Assembly: GCA_045646695.1 (NCBI GenBank)
Contig: JAZRLF010000088.1
Span: 1,026 to 65,025, forward strand
Length of the DNA stretch: 64,000 bases
Reading direction: 5' to 3'
Source of the DNA: Lachnospiraceae bacterium
GTDB lineage: Bacteria; Bacillota; Clostridia; Lachnospirales; Lachnospiraceae
Positions 28,748-39,561 of the stretch are shown here, piece by piece. The position numbers were made by a program, and so were the translations under genes. Each line of letters starts with the position of its first letter. Position 1 is the stretch's first letter. The notes under the pieces were generated by a model. That model searched no databases. It saw only the letters and a program-made list of their open reading frames with translations, and was not told the origin of the DNA.

Positions 28748-29249
28748 TTGCGTTCACACTCCTTTTGTAAAAATAAAGTACAATCCGCTCTAAATAACGC
28801 TTCAGTATAATTTGGAACTCTTCTTTCTTATCAATAGGCTTTACCAAAATACTGTAAATCCCGCATCTTTTGGCGCCCCAGACATCCGTAAAAAGCTGAT
28901 CGCCAACAAACAAGGTTTCACTGGCTTTTGTCCCCATCACCTGCATGCAGTACATATATCCGCTTTTTGCCGGTTTATTGGCCTTATAAATATAACCAAT
29001 ACCTCCTACAGCCTCTGCAAAGCTCTTTACACGGGGTTCTTTATTGTTGGACATCACCATGATCTGAAATCCCATGTTACGAAGCCTTTCAAAAAATAGA
29101 ATAATCTCCGGTGTAGCAGGTGCGCCATGACACACCAGTGTATTATCAATATCAAATATAACTGCCTTGTAGCCCTGTGCCTTAAAAGCGGCAAAATCCA
29201 CCTCATGCACACTGTCTAAGTAAGCATCCGGATAAAATGTTTTTATCAT
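28731..29249 (-). CDS. YqeG-family HAD-IIIA phosphatase
   Basis: FDIDNTLV, SNN and VGDQLFTD motifs. It sits upstream of aroE, as in the Bacillus yqeG region. Confidence 0.8.
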   Translation of the reverse strand: MIKTFYPDAYLDSVHEVDFAAFKAQGYKAVIFDIDNTLVCHGAPATPEIILFFERLRNMGFQIMVMSNNKEPRVKSFAEAVGGIGYIYKANKPAKSGYMYCMQVMGTKASETLFVGDQLFTDVWGAKRCGIYSILVKPIDKKEEFQIILKRYLERIVLYFYKRSVNASGNKH

Positions 29250-29354
29250 AAAATCTTCAAATCCCTTCTAAGTGCATTGAAAGACTGTCTCTGCTTCATC
29301 TGCATATTTGGTTACAAAAAGGAACACCTCTTTTGGTGAGATGCTCCTTTCGTA

Positions 29355-29612
29355 TTATAACTTCTTCACCAGTGAGTTGTGGTACATTACCAAAAACACC
29401 TTACCGAAGCTTGCAGCCACAATACCAAGCACCAGATAAGAAAGTATACCATACATGTATTGTACAGATGTGGTATACCAATTCAGTTCTCCCCATAACT
29501 TCTGTCCAAAATACATATAAACAAGCATCACAACTGATACACAAAGAAGCACAACTCTTAATTTTTCAACACCTTTTACATATTTTTTGGCTTTTGCAAT
29601 TTTTTCGTTCAT
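29355..29612 (-). CDS. small membrane protein (two TM helices), hypothetical
   Basis: ATG at 29612 lies 5 nt after GGAGG. There are two hydrophobic segments. No family recognised. Confidence 0.4.
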   Translation of the reverse strand: MNEKIAKAKKYVKGVEKLRVVLLCVSVVMLVYMYFGQKLWGELNWYTTSVQYMYGILSYLVLGIVAASFGKVFLVMYHNSLVKKL

Positions 29613-29814
29613 AACATCCTCCAATGTTTTTGATCCTTCGTATAAATTAATCCATCAGATATTTCTAAACAACTCTGTTATCCTAAGGTTCGGCTGTATA
29701 AATTTGTCTCTATACATTCGTCGGTATAAATTTGTCTGCGTAAATTCATCTGAGTAAATTCCTCTATACAATATCATCTGCTATTTAGATACGCTTTACT
29801 ATCTGTAAAATTGA

Positions 29815-30270
29815 TTATTTATCTAAGAATTTCTTTAATTCTTCCATAAAAGTATCTGCATCCTTAAATTCACGATACACAGACGCAAATCTAACATATG
29901 CAACCGGATCTAAGCCTTTTAACTTCTCCATGATCAATTCTCCTACATAAGAAGAATCCACCTCACTCTTTTCCAGAGAAAAGATACCATTTTCCACTGA
30001 ATCTACGGCCTCTGACATCTGCTCAGAGCTAATCGGTCTCTTATGACAGGCACGCATAATTCCCTTTTCTACCTTGGAACGGTCATAGGCTTCACGAGTA
30101 TGGTCCTTTTTCACGATCATAACCGGTAAAGTCTCTATCTTCTCATAAGTGGTAAACCGTTTGCCACAATCTTCACACACCCGTCTTCTGCGGATAGAAT
30201 TGGTTTCTTCTGCAGGTCTGGAATCAATTACCTTCGTATTTTCATAATTACAAAACGGACATTTCATCAT
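29815..30270 (-). CDS. nrdR: transcriptional repressor NrdR
   Basis: MKCPFC....KVIDSR......IRRRR.C..C..RFTTYE (Zn ribbon) plus an ATP-cone. Confidence 0.97.
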   Translation of the reverse strand: MMKCPFCNYENTKVIDSRPAEETNSIRRRRVCEDCGKRFTTYEKIETLPVMIVKKDHTREAYDRSKVEKGIMRACHKRPISSEQMSEAVDSVENGIFSLEKSEVDSSYVGELIMEKLKGLDPVAYVRFASVYREFKDADTFMEELKKFLDK

Positions 30271-30335
30271 TTGCCTCCTAGCTCTTACATCGTACTGTAA
30301 GCCTGTAAACGTATTACTTTATTTTACCAAAATAC

Positions 30336-30569
30336 TTATTTCACGTCAACCAAAATAATATCCGGGCCAATTTGTTTTATTTCACGAAAACATATCACAT
30401 AATCAGGCTCTGTAGGAAACAAACATCCAAATTTTCCGCAGCAGGCTGGTATATATATTTTTTCAATGCAACCGGTGCAGCAATCAAACTCGATGTCCTG
30501 TACTCTTCCCAGCTTTCTACAGTCTCTTATATTAATAACTTCTTTACACTTCAATTCAGAATACAGCAT
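30336..30569 (-). CDS. ylmC: YlmC/YmxH family sporulation protein (PRC-barrel)
   Basis: MLYSELKCKEVINIRDCRKLGRVQDIEFD...; a 78-aa product from ATG 30569, which is preceded by AAAGGTG. Confidence 0.8.
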   Translation of the reverse strand: MLYSELKCKEVINIRDCRKLGRVQDIEFDCCTGCIEKIYIPACCGKFGCLFPTEPDYVICFREIKQIGPDIILVDVK

Positions 30570-30686
30570 AACACACCTTTTTATTTTATTATATGTGTCA
30601 AAAGAATAAATCTCCACGTTTTTGTTCATACTAAAACCTGTCTACCAAAGATAAGTAATAAAAAAGCTTAAACTTTGGGGGTCTTT

Positions 30687-31457
30687 ATGGGAAAAGTAGA
30701 AATTTGCGGAGTAAACACATCAAAGCTTCCTTTACTGAAAGAAGAGGAAAAAATCCGACTTTTTGATCGCATTGCAGAAGGTGACATGGAAGCAAGAGAA
30801 CAATATATAGAAGGTAATTTAAGACTTGTATTAAGTGTTATCAAACGCTTTGGGGGAAGTGATGAAAATGTTGACGATTTGTTTCAGATTGGCTGTGTAG
30901 GACTTATCAAGGCCATTGATAATTTTGATCGAACACTTGGGGTAAAATTCAGCACTTATGCTGTACCCATGATCATTGGCGAGATCAGAAGATATCTGAG
31001 AGACGGCGGTAGTATCCGGGTCAGTCGTTCTTTAAAAGATATTGCTTATCGCGCCCTGCAAGTCAAAGAAGTTATGCAAAAAGCGAACCAAAAAGAACCC
31101 ACTTTGGATGAAATATCTGCGGAAATCGGTATCCCAAGAGAAGACATTATCTATGCGCTGGATGCCATTCAAAGTCCCATGAGCTTATATGAGCCTATTT
31201 ATACGGATGGTGGAGATACCCTTTATGTCATGGATCAGATCAGTGACAAAAAAAACAAAGAAGAATTGTGGGTAGAACAAATTTCTTTAAACGAAGCGCT
31301 CAAGCGTCTGGGAAGCAGAGAAAAAGAAATCATTATCCTCCGTTTTTTTGAAGGGAAAACACAAATGGAGGTAGCAGAAATGATCGGTATATCCCAGGCC
31401 CAAGTATCCAGATTGGAAAAAAATGCCCTTAAAATTATGCGCCACTATCTGGCATGA
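30687..31457 (+). CDS. sigG: sporulation sigma factor SigG
   Basis: Very close to B. subtilis SigG by eye: KVEICGVNTSKLPLL, GNLRLVLSVI.RF, DDLFQ.GC.GL.K..DNFD....VKFSTYAVPMIIGEIRRYLRD...IRVSRSL.DIAY.ALQV, GKTQMEVAE.IGISQAQVSRLEK. Confidence 0.9.
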   Translation: MGKVEICGVNTSKLPLLKEEEKIRLFDRIAEGDMEAREQYIEGNLRLVLSVIKRFGGSDENVDDLFQIGCVGLIKAIDNFDRTLGVKFSTYAVPMIIGEIRRYLRDGGSIRVSRSLKDIAYRALQVKEVMQKANQKEPTLDEISAEIGIPREDIIYALDAIQSPMSLYEPIYTDGGDTLYVMDQISDKKNKEELWVEQISLNEALKRLGSREKEIIILRFFEGKTQMEVAEMIGISQAQVSRLEKNALKIMRHYLA

Positions 31458-31480
31458 CAACAAATACTAATATTATAAAA

Positions 31481-31509
31481 ATGGCACCTTCCAATAGGAA
31501 AGTGCCATA
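31481..31509. terminator. terminator hairpin between convergent sigG and rny
   Basis: ATGGCACCTTCC-aata-GGAAAGTGCCAT. Confidence 0.55.
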
Positions 31510-31556
31510 AATTATAACCTTTTCTAGTTCTAGTACTGGATTAGTATGGTTAATCC

Positions 31557-33113
31557 TTACTTCGCATAGTCAACCGCACGACTTTCTCTGATAAGATTTA
31601 CTTTAATCTGACCTGGGTATTCCATTTCAGCTTCAATCTTCTTGGAAATGTCACGGGCCATCAAAATCATATCTGCATCAGATACCTGCTCCGGAACTAC
31701 CATTACTCGAATCTCTCTACCTGCTTGAATAGCAAAAGATTTGTCTACACCTTTGAAATTGTTTGTGATTTCTTCTAATTGTTTCAGTCTGGTTGTATAT
31801 GCTTCAAATGTTTCTCTTCTGGCACCCGGTCTTGCAGCAGAAATCGTATCTGCAGCCTGTACCAAACAAGAAATCAAGGAATTCGGCTCCACATCACCAT
31901 GGTGAGATTCTACAGCATTAATAACTGTAGCATTCTCTTTGTATTTCTTACAAAGCTCTACACCTAACTGAATATGGGTACCTTCCATCTCACGGTCTAC
32001 AGCTTTACCAATATCATGTAATAAACCTGCGCGCTTTGCAATTCTGACATCCAAGCCAAGTTCTGCTGCTAACAAGCCTGAAAGCTGTGCCACTTCCACA
32101 GAATGCTTTAATGCATTCTGGCCGTAACTGGTTCTGAATTTCATCTTACCAAGTAAGCGAATCAATTCCGGATGTATGCCATGAACACCAACTTCAAGAG
32201 TTGCTGCTTCACCTTCCTCTTTAATCATGATTTCAACATCTCGCTGTGCCTTCTCCACCATCTCTTCAATACGAGCCGGATGGATACGACCGTCAACAAT
32301 CAGTCTTTCAAGGGCAATCCTTGCTACCTCTCTTCGAATTGGATCAAAACTGGACAACACAACTGCTTCCGGAGTATCATCGATAATCAAATCAACACCT
32401 GTCATAGTCTCTAAGGTACGAATATTACGTCCCTCTCGTCCTATGATGCGTCCTTTCATCTCGTCGTTCGGAAGCTGTACAACAGAAATTGTGGTCTCAG
32501 ATACATGGTCTGCTGCACATTTCTGAATAGCGGTAACCACATAATCTCTTGCTCTCTTGTCTGCTTCTTCTTTTGCTCTTGTGTCCATTTCTTTAATCAT
32601 AAGAGCGGTTTCATGTTTCACTTCATCTTCAACAATTTTCAATAAGTAGTCTTTTGCCTGGTCGGAGGTAAGACCAGAGATTCTTTCCAGTTCCTGTACT
32701 CTTTGCTCGCTTAACTTGGAGATTTCGATTTTCTCTTTTTCAAGAGCTTTTTCTCTCTCTACTAAGCCTGCTTCTTTCTTTTCGATAGCATCTGATTTCT
32801 TATCGATGTTTTCCTCTTTCTGCTGAACGCGTCTTTCATAGCGCTGCACTTCTGTTCTGCGCTCTTTAATCTCCTTATCCAATTCGTTCTTAGCACGAAT
32901 GGATTCTTCCTTAATCTCTAAGGAAGCTTCACGCTTCTTTGCATCAGCAGTTTTGAGAGCTTCATCGATAATTTCTCTAGCCTTTTCCTCAGCGTTACCA
33001 ATCTTCTTCTCGGATACATTCTTACGATATGCAATAGTGATTACAGCGGTAACCGGAACAGCTACTACGAGACATGCCAGAACTATCAGACAAACGGTGC
33101 CGATAGACAACAT
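31557..33113 (-). CDS. rny: ribonuclease Y
   Basis: N-terminal TM segment, a Lys/Glu-rich coiled coil, a KH domain ([12 protein letters not shown]) and an HD domain (LLHDIGKA). Confidence 0.97.
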   Translation of the reverse strand: MLSIGTVCLIVLACLVVAVPVTAVITIAYRKNVSEKKIGNAEEKAREIIDEALKTADAKKREASLEIKEESIRAKNELDKEIKERRTEVQRYERRVQQKEENIDKKSDAIEKKEAGLVEREKALEKEKIEISKLSEQRVQELERISGLTSDQAKDYLLKIVEDEVKHETALMIKEMDTRAKEEADKRARDYVVTAIQKCAADHVSETTISVVQLPNDEMKGRIIGREGRNIRTLETMTGVDLIIDDTPEAVVLSSFDPIRREVARIALERLIVDGRIHPARIEEMVEKAQRDVEIMIKEEGEAATLEVGVHGIHPELIRLLGKMKFRTSYGQNALKHSVEVAQLSGLLAAELGLDVRIAKRAGLLHDIGKAVDREMEGTHIQLGVELCKKYKENATVINAVESHHGDVEPNSLISCLVQAADTISAARPGARRETFEAYTTRLKQLEEITNNFKGVDKSFAIQAGREIRVMVVPEQVSDADMILMARDISKKIEAEMEYPGQIKVNLIRESRAVDYAK

Positions 33114-33346
33114 ACAGGAAGCTCCTCCTTATTTAATTATTGTGCATTTGTTTGTAGAAAAGAACAAATCACAAATGCACCTTTATAATTGTAATGTAAA
33201 AATTGCATAATGTCAAGGAAAATTCCTCTTGGATTTTCGTAATTTTCTGTAATATTCTATACAATGCACCGCAAGTTTTCTGTAAGCTGATTTTCCTATT
33301 CCTGCCCGGACATTTACAGACAATATAGAACCAATTGCTATATCTG

Positions 33347-33964
33347 TTAATCCTCTTCTACAGCAATACATCGCCTAATATTGTCTGTGCTGTACCCTTT
33401 CCGGTATAAATAATTCATCATTTTGACAATTGACTTCCGATCAGCCTGAACAGTGTCAAAGCCCTTCTTTCTCATCAACTCCCTGATCTGAGAAACTTCA
33501 TCCAGTGGTTCATTTTCTTCTTCAAATTGATTCCAAATACGTTCTGCTATATCCTGACTAATCCCTTTCCTATACAGCTCCTGTAAAATTCTACGTTTAC
33601 TACGGGTCGCCCCATAACATCGAATATACTCCTCTGCATATCTGGCATCATCCAGATAATGATAAGCTGTCACATAATCCAAAGCTTCTTCAATCATATA
33701 TTCCGGATATCTGTTTTCTAAAAGCTTACGTTTAAGACTTTCTCTGGTATAGCTCCTCTTTTGTAAAAGGCTCATAGCACGAAGCTTTACCCGTTTAGGA
33801 AGTACTTCCTCCAATAGCTTCCTGTAAGCCTCCGGCGGTAATTCTTCACCGCAGATAATATGGTATTTAGGAATTTCCCCTTTGTATATAGGAAACACAA
33901 GGTGCTCATCTAAACGAACGAGCACCTTTTTGGTATTATATTCTATAATATCTGTCACTGTCAT
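33347..33964 (-). CDS. recX: recombination regulator RecX
   Basis: Lies directly downstream of recA. It has repeated three-helix RecX-type segments (..A..LL..R..T..EL..KL...G). Confidence 0.85.
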   Translation of the reverse strand: MTVTDIIEYNTKKVLVRLDEHLVFPIYKGEIPKYHIICGEELPPEAYRKLLEEVLPKRVKLRAMSLLQKRSYTRESLKRKLLENRYPEYMIEEALDYVTAYHYLDDARYAEEYIRCYGATRSKRRILQELYRKGISQDIAERIWNQFEEENEPLDEVSQIRELMRKKGFDTVQADRKSIVKMMNYLYRKGYSTDNIRRCIAVEED

Positions 33965-33973
33965 AGCATCAGA

Positions 33974-35038
33974 TTATACTTCTTCAGTACTGGATTTACG
34001 TGTTGCTTTAACTGCTGAGTCACTACTTCCGGCAGGTATATCTGCCTGTAAGCCGTAATACTCACGAACCTTCTGTTCCACTTCAGTCAACATCTCCGGA
34101 TGTTCTTTCAGGAATGTCTTGGTGTTTTCTCTGCCTTGACCTATCTTATTGCCTTCATAAGAATACCATGCACCGGATTTCTTAATAACATCACAGCTGG
34201 CAGCAAGATCCACAATATCACCTACTGTAGAAATTCCCTCACCAAACATAATGTCAAACTCTGCTTCCTTAAATGGAGGTGCGATCTTATTCTTTACTAC
34301 CTTTACTCTGGTACGGTTACCAATTACGTCTCCGCCCTGCTTTAAGGCTTCCACTCTTCTGACATCCAAACGTACAGATGCATAGAACTTCAAAGCTCGG
34401 CCACCGGTAGTTGTCTCCGGATTACCAAACATAACGCCCACCTTCTCACGAAGCTGATTGATAAAGATAACTGTGCAGTTGGACTTGCTGATAATACCGG
34501 TCAACTTACGCAGTGCCTGAGACATCAATCTGGCCTGCAATCCCACATGTGAGTCACCCATATCACCGTCAATCTCAGCCTTTGGCACTAATGCTGCAAC
34601 AGAGTCTACTACAATAATATCAATGGCACCTGAGCGTACCATGGTCTCAGTAATTTCAAGAGCCTGCTCTCCGTTATCCGGCTGAGAAATGTACAAATTA
34701 TCAATATCTACACCGATATTCTTGGCATATACAGGATCCAACGCATGCTCAGCATCAATAAATCCTGCAATACCGCCTCTCTTCTGTACCTCAGCAATCA
34801 TATGTAATGTAACGGTAGTCTTACCGGAAGACTCGGGACCGTAAATCTCAATGATACGTCCCTTGGGAATACCGCCAAGTCCAAGCGCAATATCCAGACT
34901 CAAAGCACCGGTAGGAATGGTCTCTACATTCATCTGTGCAGAGGAATCCCCCAGCTTCATAACCGCGCCCTTGCCATATTGCTTCTCAATGTGTCCTAAT
35001 GCTGCATCAAGTGCTTTCAGTTTCTCATTTCTATCCAT
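33974..35038 (-). CDS. recA: recombinase RecA
   Basis: GPESSGKTT Walker [19 protein letters not shown] and FINQLREK motifs. Confidence 0.99.
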   Translation of the reverse strand: MDRNEKLKALDAALGHIEKQYGKGAVMKLGDSSAQMNVETIPTGALSLDIALGLGGIPKGRIIEIYGPESSGKTTVTLHMIAEVQKRGGIAGFIDAEHALDPVYAKNIGVDIDNLYISQPDNGEQALEITETMVRSGAIDIIVVDSVAALVPKAEIDGDMGDSHVGLQARLMSQALRKLTGIISKSNCTVIFINQLREKVGVMFGNPETTTGGRALKFYASVRLDVRRVEALKQGGDVIGNRTRVKVVKNKIAPPFKEAEFDIMFGEGISTVGDIVDLAASCDVIKKSGAWYSYEGNKIGQGRENTKTFLKEHPEMLTEVEQKVREYYGLQADIPAGSSDSAVKATRKSSTEEV

Positions 35039-35136
35039 GTTCTATCTCCTTAATCTCTCCAGGTCTCAGTAATAAAACAGTAAATCTGGGCAGTTCTTCA
35101 CAAGAACACTGCCATCTCATCCTATCTATGTCAAAA

Positions 35137-35178
35137 GGAACAAATGTTCTGTCTGGTATCAGAATAAAACATATGTTT
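35137..35178. promoter_or_regulatory. LexA (Cheo/SOS) boxes upstream of recA
   Basis: A perfect GAAC-AAAT-GTTC at 35138-35149 and a weaker AAAC-ATAT-GTTT at 35167-35178, 100-140 nt upstream of the recA ATG. Confidence 0.7.
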
Positions 35179-35282
35179 GCTTTTGTCAACACCTTTTTTG
35201 AAAATTATAAGTAATTTTCAATGCTTTTCCAGTAACTTATCTCATACTCTTTGTAATACAATGTGTATATGATCACCAAAGA

Positions 35283-36551
35283 TTAAATCATCTCCTGGTG
35301 ATACATAATACCTTCATACTCTAATATGCAGTTTCGTGCCATGGCAAGTGCTACAGTCACTGTGTTTTCGCGATTTTTGGTACGATTACCGCCAAACTGA
35401 TGCTTGCGTACCCATACACGTTCCTTCACGGCACATGCCACATAAACCAGTCCTACCGGCTTCTGTGGTGTGCCTCCTGTAGGTCCTGCAATACCGGTTA
35501 CCGCTACTGCAACCTCCGCACCACTATGCTTCTGTGCGCCTACAGCCATTTCCATAGCTGTTTCTTCACTGACTGCTCCCACTCGGGCTAAAGTTTCAGG
35601 ATTTACTCCCAGTTCTTCTATCTTGGCCTCATTGGCATAGGTAACAAAGCTTCTGTCAAAGCAAGCGCTGGCCCCGGATACATTCACCAGTCTGGCACTG
35701 ATAAGGCCTCCGGTACACGATTCTGCCGTAGTAATACGGTAGCCTTTGTCTTTGCAAAGAGCAATCACCGCATCCTCCAACTCTTCCTTTTCATGGGTAC
35801 TGTATACGGCCGGTCCAAAACGCCTCTGAAGCTCCTCTACCACAGGAAGTACCAAAGCCGATGCAGCCTCTTCATCACATGCCTTGGCTGATACCCGAAA
35901 ATGTACCTCCCCCAGCTTCGCATAAGGTGCAATGGTAGGATTGGTCTGTCCTTCTAAGATATCGGAAATCATAGTCTCAGCAGTAGACTCAGGAATGCCG
36001 CACACCTTTACCATGCGGCTGTAAATCACCTCTCCGCTTAAAGCAGACAGCTTTGGTGCCACACTTTCTTCAAACATAGGCTTCATCTCATTAGGAGGCC
36101 CCGGAAGCAAAAATACATGCTTCGTGTCATCAAAAATATAAATTCCGGGCGCAGTCCCATTATGATTCGGCAAAATCTTCGCCCCCTCCGGTATATCTGC
36201 CTGTCGGAAATTATTCTCCGTACAGGCAATCCCTCTTCGATTAAAATAGGCCCGTAAGGACTCGCAGGTGGCCTCATCCCGGTAAATCTCTCTGCCAAAA
36301 AGCTTAGCTACCGTCTGCTTGGTCAAATCATCCTGGGTAGGTCCCAGTCCTCCGGTCAAAATCACCGCATCTGCTCTGGAAAGAGCCAGCTGCAAGGTAG
36401 ACTCTAATCGACCCGGATTATCGCCCACTACTGTCTGAAAATAGCAGACAGCACCCAAATCCGCACATCTGGATGCCAGATATGCTGCATTGGTATTGAC
36501 AATATTGCCCATTAATATTTCAGTTCCTACAGAAATCAATTCTACTATCAT
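35283..36551 (-). CDS. cinA: competence/damage-inducible protein CinA (MoCF-binding domain plus PncC-type NMN amidohydrolase domain)
   Basis: MIVELISVGTEILMG.IVNTNA..L, GGLGPTQDD, and a C-terminal TAESCTGG motif. Confidence 0.9.
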   Translation of the reverse strand: MIVELISVGTEILMGNIVNTNAAYLASRCADLGAVCYFQTVVGDNPGRLESTLQLALSRADAVILTGGLGPTQDDLTKQTVAKLFGREIYRDEATCESLRAYFNRRGIACTENNFRQADIPEGAKILPNHNGTAPGIYIFDDTKHVFLLPGPPNEMKPMFEESVAPKLSALSGEVIYSRMVKVCGIPESTAETMISDILEGQTNPTIAPYAKLGEVHFRVSAKACDEEAASALVLPVVEELQRRFGPAVYSTHEKEELEDAVIALCKDKGYRITTAESCTGGLISARLVNVSGASACFDRSFVTYANEAKIEELGVNPETLARVGAVSEETAMEMAVGAQKHSGAEVAVAVTGIAGPTGGTPQKPVGLVYVACAVKERVWVRKHQFGGNRTKNRENTVTVALAMARNCILEYEGIMYHQEMI

Positions 36552-36553
36552 AA

Positions 36554-37126
36554 TTATTTAAAATCGTCCAAAATACTTTTATTCTTATAAATATAATCCA
36601 CCAAGGAAATAATGGTCAGCGCCGTAGCAATCCACATTACAATGTCTGTCACTAACTGCAGTGCCGGAATATTGGCAAGCATTAAAATCACCATAATCAT
36701 CTGGAATGTGGTCTTGTATTTGCCCCACATACTGGCTGCGATTACCACGCCGTTGTCAGAAGCAATCAACCTAAATCCGCTGATAATAAACTCTCTGCTG
36801 ATGATAATTACAACAATATATGCCGGGATACGTCCCAATTCAATCAGACAGATTAAAGCGGCACAAACCAACAGCTTATCTGCCAATGGGTCCATAAACT
36901 TACCGAAATTGGTAATCAGATTGTGCTTACGGGCAATTTTACCATCCAGCAAATCCGTCAGGCATGCCACCACAAAAATGACCAGTGTAACCCAGTTCAT
37001 ATATTGCATAATGCCGCCGAAAAGTGCATCAAACCAACCCCAGCCGGCTTCCTGCCCCAAAAGCAGTACTACAAAAGGAATCACTAAAATCACGCGAAAT
37101 ACAGTTAGTTTATTAGGCAAATTCAT
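36554..37126 (-). CDS. pgsA: CDP-diacylglycerol--glycerol-3-phosphate 3-phosphatidyltransferase
   Basis: CDP-alcohol phosphotransferase motif DLLDGKIARK...GKFMDPLADK. Confidence 0.95.
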   Translation of the reverse strand: MNLPNKLTVFRVILVIPFVVLLLGQEAGWGWFDALFGGIMQYMNWVTLVIFVVACLTDLLDGKIARKHNLITNFGKFMDPLADKLLVCAALICLIELGRIPAYIVVIIISREFIISGFRLIASDNGVVIAASMWGKYKTTFQMIMVILMLANIPALQLVTDIVMWIATALTIISLVDYIYKNKSILDDFK

Positions 37127-38447
37127 GGTATATCTCTCCTATCAAATCATATTCGTTACTGTCCGTAACAAGTACTTTTACAAAATCCCCTGTCATAAGG
37201 GTTGCTGTAGTCTGAATAAAAATATATCCGTCCACATTCGGTGCGTCCTTGTAGGTACGGCCCACATACACATCCTCGTCTGCTACCTTACCTTCGATCA
37301 TACACCAAAGAACCTGACCCACCATATCCTCAGCCTTCTCGAAAGCAATGGCCTGCTGCAGCTCCATAAGCTCATCTCTGCGGGCTGCCTTTACCTCTTC
37401 TGCAATCTGATTCGGCATAACTGCTGCCGGAGTATTGTCCTCCTGTGAATAAGTAAACACACCCAGGCGATCAAATTCCATTTCATTAACAAAGTGATAC
37501 AACTCCTCATGGTCCTCCTCTGTCTCCCCCGGGAAACCACTGATCAAGCTGGTACGCAGCGCAATATCCGGAATTTCTGCACGGAGCTTAGAGATAATAT
37601 TCCTCAGATCCGCATTGGTGGTGCGTCTGCCCATACGCTTTAAAATTATATCAGAAGCATGCTGGATCGGCAAATCCAGATACGGCACCACCTTCTCTTC
37701 ATCGCGAATAGCGGCAATCAGTTCATCATCGATTTCTTCCGGATAACAGTACAAAATACGTACCCAGTACAAGCCCTCAATCTCGCATAACTTATGCAAC
37801 AGCTCTGCGAGACATTTCTTACCGTATAAGTCCTTACCGTAAAGTGTCGTCTCCTGAGCTACCAGAATCAATTCCTTTACACCCTGCTCTACTAATGCTC
37901 TGGCTTCTGCAAGCAAATCCTCCATAGGAACAGAGCGGAAACGACCACGCACCTTTGGAATAATACAATAGGTACAAAACTTATCGCAGCCCTCTGCAAT
38001 CTTCAGATAGGCAAAATGACCGCCGGTAGTCACCACACGTCTGCCTTTGGTAGCCGCCAAATGCTGAATATCCTCTAAATATTCCGGCTTCTGATTGGCC
38101 AATACTCCTTCCACTGCCTCTACGATATGCTCAATGGCAGTAGTCCCCAGTATCGCATCCACCTCCGGAATCTGTTCACGAATCTCTTCATGATAGCGCT
38201 GTGCCAGACATCCGGTGGCAATCAATGCCTTAAGCTTACCCTCTGTCTTGTATTGTCCCATTTCAATTAATGTATTAATACTCTCCTCCTTGGCATCGTG
38301 AATAAAGGTACAGGTATTTACTACCGCCACCTCTGCCTCAGATTCATCATCCGTAAATTCAAATCCCCTGTCTGCCAACATGCCCAGCATCTTCTCACTG
38401 TCCACCAGATTCTTATCGCAGCCCAAGGATACAAACATTATCTTCAT
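37113..38447 (-). CDS. rimO: ribosomal protein S12 methylthiotransferase RimO
   Basis: An MTTase N-domain (SLGCDKN.VDSE), a radical SAM CxxxCxxC (CDKFCTYC) and a TRAM domain. Confidence 0.95.
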   Translation of the reverse strand: MKIMFVSLGCDKNLVDSEKMLGMLADRGFEFTDDESEAEVAVVNTCTFIHDAKEESINTLIEMGQYKTEGKLKALIATGCLAQRYHEEIREQIPEVDAILGTTAIEHIVEAVEGVLANQKPEYLEDIQHLAATKGRRVVTTGGHFAYLKIAEGCDKFCTYCIIPKVRGRFRSVPMEDLLAEARALVEQGVKELILVAQETTLYGKDLYGKKCLAELLHKLCEIEGLYWVRILYCYPEEIDDELIAAIRDEEKVVPYLDLPIQHASDIILKRMGRRTTNADLRNIISKLRAEIPDIALRTSLISGFPGETEEDHEELYHFVNEMEFDRLGVFTYSQEDNTPAAVMPNQIAEEVKAARRDELMELQQAIAFEKAEDMVGQVLWCMIEGKVADEDVYVGRTYKDAPNVDGYIFIQTTATLMTGDFVKVLVTDSNEYDLIGEIYHEFA

Positions 38448-38674
38448 AAATCTACACCTGTCAAATCAGACAACAAAGAAAAGACTGCTGATATTCTCCC
38501 TATACCTCCACATGGTGAATGTGTATTTATGCACCCTCATCATGCAGCATAGTTCAAAGTCTCTTAAATATAACAACGGCTACTACAAAAATAATATACA
38601 TCACTCCGGTAACGCCCGGAAAATGCTATGATACTTCTGCAGCAGCCTGCCCTTGTCGTCTGTATAAATATGGA

Positions 38675-38902
38675 TTATTCTTCTGTTATAATCTTAATCT
38701 TGCCCTGGTTTACTTCTTCCACAGCAACACTTAAAGCCTTATCAATCTTGGTATTTACCAAAGGCTTTGAACCGTCGATCAGCTGACGTGCTCTTCTTGC
38801 GGTAGCCATAACAATAGAGTAACGGCTGTTAACTACAGGAGTATCGCCCTCTGTTTCCTCATTAACTACCTGCATTAATTCTGCATAAGATGGATGTAAC
38901 AT
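38675..38902 (-). CDS. rpoZ: DNA-directed RNA polymerase subunit omega
   Basis: MLHPSY.EL.......RYSIVMATARRARQL; 75 aa, immediately downstream of gmk. Confidence 0.9.
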   Translation of the reverse strand: MLHPSYAELMQVVNEETEGDTPVVNSRYSIVMATARRARQLIDGSKPLVNTKIDKALSVAVEEVNQGKIKIITEE

Positions 38903-38903
38903 T

Positions 38904-39542
38904 TTATACTTCTCCTTTCTTAAGGTCCACTAATTCTTTTCTCATATTCTCTATAAAAGGAATATTGCGGAAAGCGCGATTTTTCTCAGACTGGATCATC
39001 TGATGAAGACTCTCCACACATACATCTATGTCATCATTGACAAGTATGTAATCATACTGCTCAATGCCCTGACTCTCTTCCACGGCACGAAGCATTCTCT
39101 GTTGAATAACAGCATCCGTCTCCGTACCTCTGCCCTTTAAACGATTGAATAAAATCTCTGCACTTGGCGGCATCACAAACACCAACATCGTACCCGGAAG
39201 CTTTTCTTTGACCTGCAGGGCTCCCTGAATCTCAATCTCAAGAAGTACATCCTTGCCGGCCTCTAACTGCTCCTCCACATAATCCTTCGGGGTGCCGTAA
39301 TAATTACCAACATAACATGCATGCTCTATAAAACCGCCCTCTGAAATCTTCTGTTCAAACTCCTCCTTGGTGGCAAAGAAATACTCTACCCCATGAGTCT
39401 CATACTCTCTCGGCTTCCTCGTTGTCATGGAAATGCTGAGTGCGTATTGTTCATTGTACTTTTCTGTAAGCATCTTTACTACTGTACTCTTACCGGTACC
39501 GGCGAAACCGCTTACTACAATCAGAATACCTTTTTGCTGCAT
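38904..39542 (-). CDS. gmk: guanylate kinase
   Basis: GILIVVSGFAGTGKST (P-loop), TTRKPRE.E..G.EYFF, and GNYYGTP. The start was trimmed to ATG 39542. Confidence 0.95.
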   Translation of the reverse strand: MQQKGILIVVSGFAGTGKSTVVKMLTEKYNEQYALSISMTTRKPREYETHGVEYFFATKEEFEQKISEGGFIEHACYVGNYYGTPKDYVEEQLEAGKDVLLEIEIQGALQVKEKLPGTMLVFVMPPSAEILFNRLKGRGTETDAVIQQRMLRAVEESQGIEQYDYILVNDDIDVCVESLHQMIQSEKNRAFRNIPFIENMRKELVDLKKGEV

Positions 39543-39561
39543 ACTCTCTGCCCCCTGTTTA

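Noticed and set aside
35093-35107. GTTCTTCACAAGAAC upstream of recA considered as a LexA box
   Set aside because: The half-site polarity is inverted (GTTC..GAAC instead of GAAC-N4-GTTC) and the spacing is wrong. The true Cheo-type box is at 35138-35149.
36612-37448. 278-aa plus-strand ORF antisense to pgsA/rimO
   Set aside because: It is fully antisense to two strongly supported conserved genes. It has low-complexity composition, no SD and no recognisable family. The same reasoning applies to the antisense ORFs 15533-16051, 62959-63594, 32227-32526, 52910-53347 and 60445-60834.
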